Origin: the human T2T-CHM13v2.0 reference genome, Homo sapiens
DNA length: 64,000 nt
NCBI RefSeq assembly: GCF_009914755.1
Contig: NC_060927.1
Direction: 5' to 3' (one strand)
The position numbers and the translations under genes are program-made. Positions within the stretch are counted from its first letter, which is position 1. Each line of letters starts with the position of its first letter. Under the pieces are notes generated by a model. That model did no database searches and was not told the DNA's origin. It saw only the letters and a program-made list of their open reading frames with translations. Positions 38,131 through 50,329 of this stretch are shown here, piece by piece.

Positions 38131-40327
38131 GTGGTTTTTTAAATGTTATTTTGAGATACTTTTGTTTTATATGGTTATCCCATTAATATTTACATCACGA
38201 CAAATATCCAGAGAAGTTTCATTTTATGTATTTTGTTTTACTACAATCTGATCGTGTATAACATTTTTTTTCTATGGCCATCTTCAACCTTATGTTGTCA
38301 ATATTGGTTAACAGAGGGTGATGCAGCTTCAGTATAAATTTGTTTGTGTAAGTATTTCTGTAATCTCAAGGGATTAATGCTTCATAAGAATTAGCTCATA
38401 TAACGCCATAGAAATAAGTAGAGAAAAAGCCCACAAACTTTTGTTGAATAATTTCAGGAAAATTCTTTATGGGTGCACTTTTTTGTTGGATCACAGAGCT
38501 TTAGTCATCGAAAGCATTGAACTAGTGAGCATCCTCAGCATCCTCAGTGAGCATAATAGTGTTAAAAACTCCATAAACATGTTAATTGAAGTAGATTTTG
38601 AAAAAGGGAAAATGATAAGCAGATAGATATAGAAAAATAAAAATGGGTAAATAACATTTATCAGTAATCCATTGGTTATCTTTTTTTCAAAAGGCATGGT
38701 AGAAATTTTATTATAATGAACAAATAAATTATATCAGCCTGAAATAATTTTAAGTTTAAAAAACAAGATCTGCTGTCTAAAAATGTTATTTCCTTTTACA
38801 CATTAAAATGTTATTAATTTAGACTCCTCTAATTTAGAGTTCCTCAAAATTTATTCAAATGAATTAGAAATAATATCATGAAAAATTAGATTCATGTGCT
38901 GATTTGTATTCTTGCATTTAACGGGCACTTTGCTTTATACTCTTCTGGCAATTTTGAATGCTGAGGCAGCACACTAGAAAACGCCAACATCGGCAGATTA
39001 GTGCAAAAGTCAAGAAGCCATTTACCTAATTGCTGTGTCAGTCTAACTGCACAAGCATCCCACTCGGTTTTATGGAACTGTACCTGAAGGCGAAATCAAG
39101 TTGGTGTAGAATAAGACAGGGGATTAGCGGTTCCTTTTGACATTTTATGCCTTTCATTTCCCTCCTGTGCTCACTGTATCTTCTGGTGTCCAGAGAATCT
39201 TGCTTAGAAATGGACATGAAGGCTAAGCAGGCATTTATAGCTAATATGTACTTTTCTACTCCTCCATATCATTATTTCATGGTTATCTTTGCATCCCAGA
39301 CGGCTCCTGGTACAAATTGTTGCACAAGGTGGGCCTTCAAGACACCATTTTTAAAAACGTCTTTGCCACGTCCTCCTGAGATATGACTCTGGAATCAATC
39401 TGTTCCTAAACTAGTGTTTCATAAATTAGAGTCAGCTCAATGATATCGAACCACAGATTCATTCAAATAGAACTGCATTTCAGGCATGGATTTACAAATG
39501 ATTATCTTAATATTTTCTTGCAAAACATAGCTAATGTGTTCTTTACATTTATTTGACCTCCCCTGGTTGGATTGTTCTGTCTTTATTGCTTCAGCATGCA
39601 ACATTGCCTGGACACTCACAGTGATTTGCACCTATTTTTTATGGATGTGTCAGCCTATGATTATATAATTATATGACTTTTTATAAAAGCGTAGAAGGCA
39701 TAGAAAATAATGTGCCCTCATTTTATGAATACTCAAGTACCCTTTAAATAAAACACTTTACTCACTTTTAGAGATGATATGCCACTGGAAAGCAATCATT
39801 TGGTCTTTTATGTAAATTACTATTTTTCATTGTTTACCAATTCCCTTATGGCCCATATGTAGTGTAACTATATTTTCTATGGCAGTCAGAGTTATACAAT
39901 CTAGAAGTTAAGTGATTAATAAAGCAGATTTCCTGGGATCAGATGCAGTATAATGCTGTGCTAATATAAATAACTATTTTTTCCCCACATTACTCATTGG
40001 ACCAAAAGCATCAAAATATATTTTATGTAAATGAGGACCCTACACTTTTCACCAGCTTATGAAGCAACATTTCTTTAATCTTACCGTTTAGTTTCTAATA
40101 TGCTTTTCAGATAAATTTCTTTAAAAGACTAGATGAATTACTATGTCATATTAATTGCATATTTGTTGTGTAGTTGGTATGTTCAATTCAGTGACATTAT
40201 TTTATAAGAAGTAGACCTTTCCTGCCATGAGCTTTCAAAGTAGTTGCAGAATTTCCCATGAATGTGAAATACAGAATGACAAATACTGTAAGTAAACATT
40301 TAAAATAAACAATTATTAAGGTTATAC

Positions 40328-40385
40328 TAGGTTGAAATGTATGAAATTGCCAGTTTTCAACTGTTTTGACCAAATATAACCTCAT
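40328..40385. mobile_element. MADE2-like mariner MITE remnant
   Basis: taggttgaaatgtatgaaattgcc resembles the MADE2 TIR; right arm degraded. Confidence 0.4.
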
Positions 40386-41999
40386 ACAATTGTATTATAA
40401 TTTTACATAATATTTTATTCTTCCTCAATTCTGTGCCTTTGTTCTTCCTGGTTTTTCTACTTAGAATGTCCCTCCCCACTTTTTTCTGACAGGAACACTT
40501 ACTTTTCATCTGTATGGTCTCACCTGGAACACTATATGTGCCCAGCATTTTTGCTGATATTCACAAGAAGACTTAAGCACTACCACTACTGATTATACAG
40601 ATTTTACATTTAAAATAATTCAATGTGTGGACATTTTATCATATGTGATTTCATAAACCCCTAACTCCACCCTGGTGCTTCCTAAAACATAATTCTCCCA
40701 GGGTAACGTTATGACTTACTGTGTCCTTCAGGCTAGATGTCATAATGTGTTTGTATCTATAGAGCTTATTAACATGATTGGCATATAACAGTAGGTAAAT
40801 TCAGTGCTGACTGAATGAATATGTTATTCTATTAATAATTCAGTAACTTTTTTTCTTTGAACTGGGAAAAATCTTGGAGAGTTTCTACTTCTTTCCCCTT
40901 ATTTTATAAATGAGAATACTGATGCTCAGAAAAATACCTTGATATTGCTCTTTAAGAGTGGAGTTAAAGCTGATACAGCACGAGCAAAATACTAAAAATC
41001 ATCTAAAATTATATATGTGACAATTTGCACAGATATTAAACCAGAGAAATAGTAACTCTGGGATAACTCTAGACAATGACAATCAGAGAAGGTGTTGTAG
41101 AAGAACTGGGATTTAAAATGAATTTTAAAGGACGGGTAGAATTTGGACAGGCAGAGGAAATGGGAGAATGTGAGTAGGATGGTATGAGTAAAACATTGAC
41201 AGAGGAAGACCTAAAATGTGCTTAGAAGAGTGAGCAAACAGAATGTTAATCAATGATTGTTCTGATGTCTTTACAAAGTATATGCTTTTACCCAGGGGAT
41301 ATATACTTGTTGGCTTTCTTATTTTGATATAAGATACAATATATGTGAAATTCTAGAGACTATTCCTTTGAGATTGAAAAGCGAGTGATACTTTGTCAAA
41401 GTGTTCTGTATTACAAGTTAGAATAGGATTGAAAATTAAATATAATCCAAACCTTGAAACTTGGCTTAAACATAAATATATTTCTAATTTACTGAAGCAA
41501 CTAGGCTTCCACAATTTGTAATGTAAAGGTTCTTTTCTTTTTTTTGTTGGTTTTATCCCCATGAAATTGTTTCCATCAATTTGAGAAAATACTGAGGTTT
41601 CTTAGTTTGGTTCTTTTTTGTATACGAACACTGCGTGCCCGTGTATGCGTGTGAAGTCACAAAGAGAAGGGTTGGAGGGGAGAGTTGGAGGAAACAAACA
41701 TCCCCTTGTCAATGTAGTTTAGGGTTTTCAGCTCCTTCCATGAACCTTTGCACAGTATGACATCTACAGGTTATAGATGGTTTTCTTTCTGTATTTGGTG
41801 TTGGCTCTAAAATCCTCCTTAGAAAAGGCAACACAAGTATCCCTTCCCGATTAATGTGAATTGGAACAAAAGGTATAAATACCATAGATAAAGAGAGATA
41901 CATATATATGACGTAGTATTTGAGTGAGATAAACTCTTACCCATGGCTAATATTTGAGTGAAAGGCAAATTGGTAAATATTTTCTCTATTGAATTATTT

Positions 42000-43380
42000 T
42001 TAAATCACTTGAGAATCATCTGTTGAGTTCTCACTACGTGCCCAGCAGTGTGCTAGTTGTCAGGGATGCAATGGCAAGAAAAAAAAAAAAAAAAAGACTT
42101 GAATGGTCTTTGCTCTTATGGAGCTTTGAACTAGTAAGGAGATATATAATAATTACAGAACAAATATACACATTGCAAATTGCTGGAAGTATGTTAAGAA
42201 AAGCAAACAGATGATGTGGTAAAAAGCAGTTTGGTCTGTTAGAATTTGAGTAAAATTAAAAGAAAAAACATAGCTTGAGATGGTGTCCTCTTTTGGAGGT
42301 GGCCAAAGATGTTCTTTCTAAGGGGGTGATACATAAACTTAGAGCCAAGGTGAAAGATGAAGTCACCCATACTCCATAAAAGACAGGGACAAAGTGCTAA
42401 GCAGGGAGGTGGAACTGTATATGCAGTGGTACTGCAGTGAGAGGAACTGGGAAGGAGTGAGGGTGAAGACTGGGTATGAGGAGGATGAGGTGATCAGGAA
42501 TAGTCAGGTCATGCAAAGATGTGCAGACCATGCTAACGACTTCAATATGATTCTTTTTTTTTTTTTGATGGAGTCTCTCTGTGTCGCCCAGGCTGGAATG
42601 CAGTGGCATGATCTCGGCTCACTGCATCCTCCACTCCTGGGTTCACGCCATTCTCCTGCCTCAGCTTCTCGAGTAGCTGGAATTACAGGCATTCGACACT
42701 ACACCCAGCTAATTTTTGTATTTTAGTAGAGACAGGGTTTCACCATGTTGGCAAGGCTGATCTCGAACTCCTGATCTCAAATAATCTGCCTGCCTCAGCC
42801 TCCCAAGGTGCTGGGATTACAGGAATGAGCCACAGCGCCCAGCCCCTTAATATGATTCGTGGTGTGACTAGAAACCATGAAAGAATTTAAAGCCAAGGAG
42901 TGCATGACCCAGTTCATATTTTCTAAAGATTCCTGGGATTACTGTATTGAGGTTGGATTGGGAGGGAGCAAGAACGAAGCAGGAATGTCACGTTAAAGGT
43001 CGTTCAGCTGTCCAGACAAGAAATAATGGTGGATTTGGCTAGGGTGATGGCAGTGGAAATGGAGCAAAGTGAGCATATTCTAGAAATACTTGGGACATTG
43101 AGCTGTAAGGACTCCAAGTGCCGGCTTCATGATGTGTGGGAAAGACTGATCAAGGAGAATCAATGGGTTTCTAACTTGAACAACAGGATGGATAAAGGAA
43201 CCATGAACAGAGATGGGGCCCACTGTGGCGGGCAGGTTTTGGGGGTGAAGAAGATGAGTTCCACTTTGTATTCTGAATTGGAGATACCTGATTGTCGTGA
43301 AGGTTAAGATGCTTCAGAGTGTTCAGAAATCAGGCGTGAGATTAAGGTAACAGATAAGGATTTGAATAATGGGAATATAT
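42000..43380 (-). mobile_element. L2 interrupted by an Alu
   Basis: ttgagttctcactacgtgcccagcagtgtgctag, ggcagtggaaatggag, atcaaggagaat L2 motifs. Confidence 0.78.
42554..42844 (-). mobile_element. AluS, full length
   Basis: Dimeric Alu; TSD aatatgattc. Confidence 0.95.
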
Positions 43381-43465
43381 AGATAATTGAAGGTATAGAA
43401 ATTCTTTTTCTTGATCATAAAGGGGGAAACCCTATTTGAATGTGGTGTGTATAATGTAAATACCT

Positions 43466-43485
43466 ACACACACATACATATGTGT

Positions 43486-43518
<33 letters not shown>
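43466..43518. repeat. (CA)n-(TG)n compound microsatellite
   Basis: acacacacatacatatgtgtgtgtc(tg)n. Confidence 0.92.
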
Positions 43519-43563
43519 CATAAAACCTAAGGAGTAAAAAGAATAGCTGATATCATTTGGTCA

Positions 43564-43611
43564 GGAAGGAAGGAAGGAAGGAAGGAAGGAAGGAAGGAAG
43601 GAAGGAAGGAA
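43564..43611. repeat. (GGAA)12 microsatellite
   Basis: 12 uninterrupted GGAA units. Confidence 0.97.
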
Positions 43612-44149
43612 AGTTTTTCTTGATTGAAGAAACCCATGTTCAATTCAACCTTACACATTGAAATCATTTACTAATTTGCTTTCATTTACTAATTTGCTTT
43701 AATTTTCCCCCACAAAGCTGTATATGAATGTAAAAAGAAAATGATTAAAAATACAAATAAGATTAACTCAGCTTCCAAAGTTCATATAGGGTAAGAATTT
43801 GCATTGAAAATCTGATGAAAGTGTTTGAACTCTATGTTCTCTCCCAAGAGTCATACTCCTTTTAAAATTTGCTAACAGCGAACTTCATATTTTAATTTAA
43901 CATTGAGCCTCTAAAAGTGACATTTCTACATGGAAGGTGTGCCAGATTCCTGGAGAGGGCATATGGAATGTGCGGAATATGAGCAACCTGTTTGTAGGCA
44001 TCTGGAGGCACTGGAAAAGGGATGAGGTTAACCTGAAAACCACTGGATTCAGGATTAGAGTAGCCTCTCTTGCCGCTGATCCTGAAGTTGTATCTTATGG
44101 AAGCATTGTCAGACCACAGAACGCTTGCTACTGAAAACACAGGGCTGAA

Positions 44150-44360
44150 TTAATAATTGCTAATCTATATTTTATTTATGATGTGCTAGTCAGTGTTGTA
44201 AGCACTTGATGTATTATTTCATTTAATTATTACAATTCCCTTAAAATGGGTGCAATTGCTATCTCTATTTTATAACTGAAGAAATTGAAGTGAGCTTAAA
44301 TAATTTGTAGAAGTTCACGTATCTCATAAGTGGTACACCTAGGATTTGAACTCCTGTTCG
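44150..44360 (-). mobile_element. MIR
   Basis: atttcatttaattattacaa...attttataactgaagaaattgaag...aggatttgaactc. Confidence 0.72.
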
Positions 44361-45205
44361 CACAAAGCATGTATCGTAATTGTTATTTGTTGTTTGGGAT
44401 GAGTGGGTTGAGGGGACAAGAAATTTCAATCCCAAAGGAAAGAAATGCTGTCTTTCCCGGATGTTAGTTGATTTCCTGGAGTGAATGGCCTTCTGGCTCC
44501 CACTGGCCAGGGAAAAAGAAAGAAAATAACAGCAAGTCGTTAATTCATAAAACAATTTTCCCAAGTGCAAGGCTTGCAGTTTCTGCACCTGCTACGTTGC
44601 TGACTCATCTCACCTGAATCATTTAGTCAGCTTCATTGTGTTTGCTAAGACTGCTAATTATCCTACTGGAATAATTTAAACTATCAATAAAGAATGCAAT
44701 AAATCATTAAAGATATGGTTAATAGGGAGAGATAATTTTGACTATTCAGCTTGCATTGATCCTTGATATAAAAAGATTAATTTTATATTCCGTTTTTAAC
44801 CTTACAGGCAACCATTAGCCATTTCTTTTCACAGAGTTGAGCTGAGCTGGTTTTTCATTAAAAATGTGGCATTTATCTTATTGAATTCTAGCTGTGATAT
44901 CTCATTCCAGGAACAAAAATATATTCTGACTTACCAAGAAAGCACAACAAGACAAATGTTACATTTTTAATAAAAGTCATTGTAAACAAATTTTTGAAAT
45001 TTTTATGCTTTTTAATCTACCCAAGTATACATCCTCCTTATTCCTATTAATTTAGAAAATTGATATCTTTTCCCCTTAAAACTATAGGAATTATGTGATT
45101 TTATTCGTTACTGAAATTAATGAGGATACAGTGTCAAAATTATTTGGCCTGTAATACATAAAATGTAATATTTTGTGTTTGAGGCATTCACAGCAAAACT
45201 TAGGT

Positions 45206-45207
<2 letters not shown>

Positions 45208-45241
<34 letters not shown>

Positions 45242-45529
45242 AGACGGAGTCTCGCTCTGTCACCCAGGCCGGACTGCGGACTGCAGTGGCGCAATCTCGG
45301 CTCACTTGCAAGCTCCACTTCCCGGGTTCACGCCATTCTCCTGCCTCAGCCTCCCGAGTAGCTGGAACTACAGGCACCCGCCACCGCGCCCGGCTAATTT
45401 TTTGTATTTTTAGTAGAGACGGGGTTTCACCTTGTTAGCCAGGATGGTCTCGATCTCCTGACCTCATGATCCACCCGCCTCGGCCTCCCAAAGTGCTGGG
45501 ATTACAGGCGTGAGCCACCGCGCCCGGCC
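45208..45529 (-). mobile_element. AluYb8 (young, human-specific subfamily)
   Basis: 7-bp duplication ggccggactgcggactgcagtgg, caccttgttagcc and tcatgatccaccc diagnostics; T33 tail; TSD ggtaat(t/a)tttt; most CpGs intact. Confidence 0.95.
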
Positions 45530-46424
45530 GGTAATATTTTATTGTTAATGTTCCTTGGATGCTTGTAGAATGGTGCTCATTTTTAATAGCTTTTAATTAA
45601 TTTTTATGTTTTTGCTATTGCTTGGCAAAGTTGTATAATAAGAAATACTTGTATTAGTAGTCATGTTGATCTATTGCATGCCAAGATTATATTGGATAAT
45701 GTATGTATCCATGAAATCAAAAAGTTTCAGTGTTAACTTTTTCAAAATAACAGTATAAGAAAAATGCATTTTCTGTCAAAACTCATAGAGTTTGAGTTTT
45801 TAAAAAGTTTATTGAAGAGAAAGTCAGAACCATACTATAGAGTTTTGATTTATTTTTTATTAGAACCAAAGGAATAGTTAGTGCTACTCTAAAGTTAGAT
45901 CAGCTAAACAATTACTGTATATACACTAGTTTTATTTCCATAATCTGATAACTTTAGAAACATGACAAAAAAGAGCAAACTTCAGAGTCGTATCCTATTG
46001 TGACACAAATCAGCTATTTATATCCAAAGTGTGCATTCAAAAGTATTCCTGGTTACTCTTGAATGTGGACTTGTGGAAGCTCACAAATTCAATCTCTGCA
46101 TTACATTTTATTTCTCCATTTACTGATCCTGGTAATAGGCCAGGAGCTACATTTTATTACCATCCCATAAGTGCACCCGACTTGCTTTACCAGACTATGA
46201 CACATATTTTTAAGCCATTATTATAGCCCCCACTGGTACCCAACTGGTCAGAAAACACAGATTCAAACTCAAGACAAGTAAAATGATATTTCTCCCCTTC
46301 CTCAGACTTGATTGGAAATTCTTCCTTTATGCAATCAACTAATCATCAAAATCCTATTTTGCTGGTCTCTGAGGGGAATCTCAGGCAGTATAGAGAGCAA
46401 AGGACTTTACAGTTTTGTTATGTC

Positions 46425-46850
46425 CATGGATCTTTGGGTTGTAAGTAATAGAAAACAGTTCAAAATTGCTCATGTAAAAAGCAGGGTTTTTTTTTTTTTA
46501 AATGCACTCAGTATTTCATGATGTTCAAATACTGAAAAGGAAATTCATGAGAATCAGACCTAGAAAGTTGAAAAACACGGTTGTGATCTTCCCTGTGATC
46601 ACAATCTGTGATCACAACAACACAACCTGTGATCTGCTGTGATCACAGATTGTGATCAGTCTGCACCCCTTTCTCTCTGCATGTTGATACTTGTGGTTTG
46701 AAATGGCCCCACACAAATCACACCTTACGGTCTCTTAGCTGCGGTGCTCACTAATGACTGTATCTCAAGAGAGAGAATCTGGATCAACATGGTAGAGCCT
46801 AAGAGTGGGAGCCCCTGGCCCACTCTGCTGTGACCATGAGGTTAGATCAG
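46425..46850 (-). mobile_element. Old MLT1-like LTR
   Basis: tttgggttgtaagtaatagaaaac start; gagagagaatctg. Confidence 0.45.
46596..46658. repeat. Perfect 21-bp inverted repeat, 21-bp spacer
   Basis: tgatcacaatctgtgatcaca (46596-46616) / tgtgatcacagattgtgatca (46638-46658). Confidence 0.95.
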
Positions 46851-47256
46851 GTGAGGCTTCTGTGCAATGGACAGTGATCGATATGTTTCATATAATCCTA
46901 TCCCTAGAAACATGGCACAGGCACTGAATGATAGCTAGAAACCCAAGCCTGGAGTGATTACCAGCTTGCAATCCATTCTGTGGAGAAGGGAGGACTTCTA
47001 CTGATTTTTGGAGGATGAGGGCAATTCTGACAGGGAGTGGTATGAGTAAAGGCTAAAGATTGGATCCTTTCTAAATGGTGACTAGAAGGGTGAGGGGAGC
47101 TAAAGGTCTACATGAAGAAGTTGTGGAAGCTTGGAAAGGAAGGCTTTGTAGAAAGCCTTAGATAATAAAATTTTTACTTTGGCATCCTTTGAAGTTTTGT
47201 TGTTGATATGGCTTTTGTGTGTGTTTGTGTGTTTTAGCAAGGAGTGGCCATTGGTC

Positions 47257-48050
47257 AGAGGTGTGCTGGTGAATGTTTAACAACCAGCTCTCCAAAATAA
47301 AAATGTGTATGTACATATTAATGTATTAAAAATTTTATTGATAGGATATGGACACACAATTTACAAATAATAAAATATGTGGCTAAGTCTGAATGTTTGT
47401 TTTCCCTCAAAATTCTTATATTGGAATCCTAAACCACAAAAGGATGATACTAGATTATGAAGTGGGGCTTTTTAGATGGTTAGTGACCTTATAAAGGAGG
47501 CCCCAGAGAGCTGCCTTGCTCCTTCCACTACAGGAGGGCACCATCTCAGGGGAACCATGCCCTCACCAGACACTGCTGCCAACTCAACCTTGGACTTCCT
47601 AACCTCCAGAACTCTAAGAAATAAATTTCTGTTATTAATAAATTGCCCAGTGTAAGGTATTTTAGTTATAGCAACCAGAGCAAACTAAGATATGTGTAAC
47701 ACCCTTTGTTGTACATTTCATATGGCTAGTTGATGATCTCAAGATTCTGTCAGTGATTTTTGCTAAACTTTTGTGCCTGTATCTCATCTGCATCTGCAGT
47801 CTAGCCATGGTTTCCCAAATCAAGTTGCATCCCAATCTGCTTATTATTTTCCCAGTAAGTTTATTGTCATTAAATTTTATATGTGATCTGCTGTAACTAT
47901 TTGTCATCCTGATATTAATTACATTCTTTAAACTGGAAACTTTTCAGCGTTAGAATCAATTAGAAATGTATATAGTGCAACAACAGACTCACAAAGTAAC
48001 TGAGCATTTAGCAATTGGCTCCTGAGTTTCAGCCGGAGCTGGTTTCAGTG
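47257..48050. mobile_element. MER63-like hAT-Blackjack, interrupted by an MLT1A
   Basis: cagaggtgtgctggtgaatgtttaacaaccagctctcc start; agccggagctggtttcag end. Confidence 0.7.
47381..47692 (+). mobile_element. MLT1A-like MaLR LTR
   Basis: ctgaatgtttgt...gccctcaccagacac...ccttggacttcc...aataaatttctg...aactaagata; TSD tatgt/tgtgt. Confidence 0.85.
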
Positions 48051-48439
48051 AGTAACTCTTAATGTCTGAGAGGTGATGATACCCTCAATTACAATGTTAC
48101 AATCCTCAAAACAATCAATGGGATTTGATTAGATATGGGAGTATGGTGAAGACAAAGAAGATTTCAGGAATGTGTCCTTTGATAAAGGGGTTATGATCAT
48201 CCACAATGGAGAAATAATATAGGAATCCATTCATTCAACAAATATTTATGAAGAAGCAAATACTAATGAGGAAAAGCTAAACATTTTATATGCTCTACAG
48301 GATAGTTTTCTAATTAATTGTTCAAGTCAACCACAGTTCAAAAATAGATATAAATAATTATTGATTTCTATTAAATTAAGCCTCTCTTTTCAGCTTTTAG
48401 TGATGACCCTACTTGCACATTATGCCTGAAATGACATAG

Positions 48440-48550
48440 TCGCTGGACCCTGAGCCCTCCCAAAGCAGAATCTGTCTTACTTTCGTCCTGTGTTCCCAGC
48501 ATCCAGCTCAATGTTTGGCTCATACTATTCAATAAATGTGGGTTGAGTTA
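48440..48550 (+). mobile_element. L2 3' end
   Basis: ctgtgttcccagcatccagc...attcaataaatgtg. Confidence 0.6.
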
Positions 48551-49376
48551 AGGAACAAAGAATCTATACTTGGCTCCCTAAAAGAGCTAGTCAGTGATGA
48601 AAAGGGGCAGACTGGTTGACTTCAACCACTTTCTAGAGAAAGTGTTGACAGTGTTAAATCTAGGGAGGCTATTTTTTATTCTTTTCAAATCCCAGGAAAG
48701 TCTATCAGTCTATAAGGAAGTCTACAAGAAAGATTCAATAACGTAAGTATGTTGCTTGACACTGATGTTTCTCTGTCTTCAGGGTGAAAATTCTAGGAAT
48801 CATTGTTTACAGGGACATCCTTGAATTCCAAATCCTGGAATTAAGCTAAAGATTTGTGACTTAGGTTGGATATTGATGTAACTCTAAATATTTAGCAAAA
48901 CCAGGCTGAGCAATTTTCTCTGCAGCATATAATGAATGTGCATACTCTATGCCTCTAGCTTTTTTAGCAATTTGGAATAAAATCTTTGGGATTTGTTCTG
49001 ACACTTTTGCCTTGTTAATAAACATAGTAAGAATAAGGACAAAGAGAGGATTATAAAAGTCATTTGTATGGTCAAGCTAAAACAGTGGCATTTACAGAAG
49101 TTTATAGGAAATGTAAGGAATGACATTTTATATACGGGCTTATTTTTCCTTTAATCCTATATTAATAAAGTGAATTCTGTATGGGTAATACAGGATACCC
49201 TCTGTGAGTTGACTGTGTTTACAAAATTCATTTCTAAACTATTGTTCGCAATGGGGCATATAGTGGTGCATGGAAGCAATATTAAATATAGTTTTTAGTT
49301 ACCTCCACACCAGTCTACAAAATCTGATTTAGCAAAGCATCTGAAGTCTCTGAAGGGACTAACGATATTATAGACC

Positions 49377-49584
49377 AGGGTGTGGGGAAGCTATTGTCCC
49401 TGGGCCAACTCTGGTTCACCCCCTGATTTAATAAGTAATGTTTTTATTGGTGCACAGCTGTGCTTATTTATTAGCATATTGTCTATGGCTGCTTTGGGGC
49501 CACAATGACAAGACTGAGTAGTTGCCACAAAGACCTTTTGGTCCACAAACCCAACTTTTCAGTGGGAGTGTTTGCCTATCACTG
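49377..49584. mobile_element. MER58A (hAT-Charlie)
   Basis: ttttattggtgcacagc...attgtctatggctgcttt...tgagtagttgccacaaagacc. Confidence 0.8.
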
Positions 49585-50329
49585 AATGGTCTTTAATGAC
49601 CACAAGGAAGGGTGACCTGTGAAGTTTATTCAGTTTTGACTGTAGAGATCAATCAGGAATTCATGCTACCCTAGTCGACCCGTATGCTGGTTTATTGTGT
49701 CTCACAGCACCCTCTTGTATTTTCCCGTCCCTCCAGACAGTGGTACAACTTCATGTGGCAGGAATTAATTCTCAAGGTCTGAAGAGAGGACTCTCACAGG
49801 ACATAGTCTAAGAGACATAAAAGAATGGGATTGGATTGTTTCTTTTGGTGTCTCAAGTTCACCGCAGAGGTGAGGACATGGCTTTATTTGGCGACAATGC
49901 CTTATTGTCGGATGACAATTGTCGGACTAGTGATGAAGTCAATTGCTTGCTTCCTTTCTTCTTGCTACACTGTCCCCATAACTAGTCTCTCTGCATCTCA
50001 GCCCCTGATCAGGATGGGTCTTGCGATGAGACACCTTGCAGACATGAGTTGATTTTTCAAAGGTTTAGTCTTGGTCAGGAGCCAATAGAGCAAGATAAAC
50101 AGAAATAAAGACAGTGAGGCAAGGTGAGCAGGGGTTCCCAGACTCCTCCTGCATTTCAGATAATTTATTAGCTAGGAGAGTTAACCATAAAGTAGCTGTT
50201 TCCCATCCGTCCTAAACTGTTCTGTATTGTGTTCTATTATTCTATGTTATGCTGTCAGTATCACTCCTAGATGACATCTATATAATGTTTATTAGGGACC
50301 ATGCAGGGTGCTAGATGCCCTGCACGCTA

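Noticed and set aside
42394-45377. ORFs with Alu-type peptides ([27 protein letters not shown])
   Set aside because: Standard Alu translation artefacts; the same applies to the ORFs at 1646-1945, 15475 and 58958.
46581-46660. CRISPR-like repeat-spacer appearance of the TGTGATC array
   Set aside because: The repeats are 7-10 bp, irregularly spaced, in human DNA with no cas genes.
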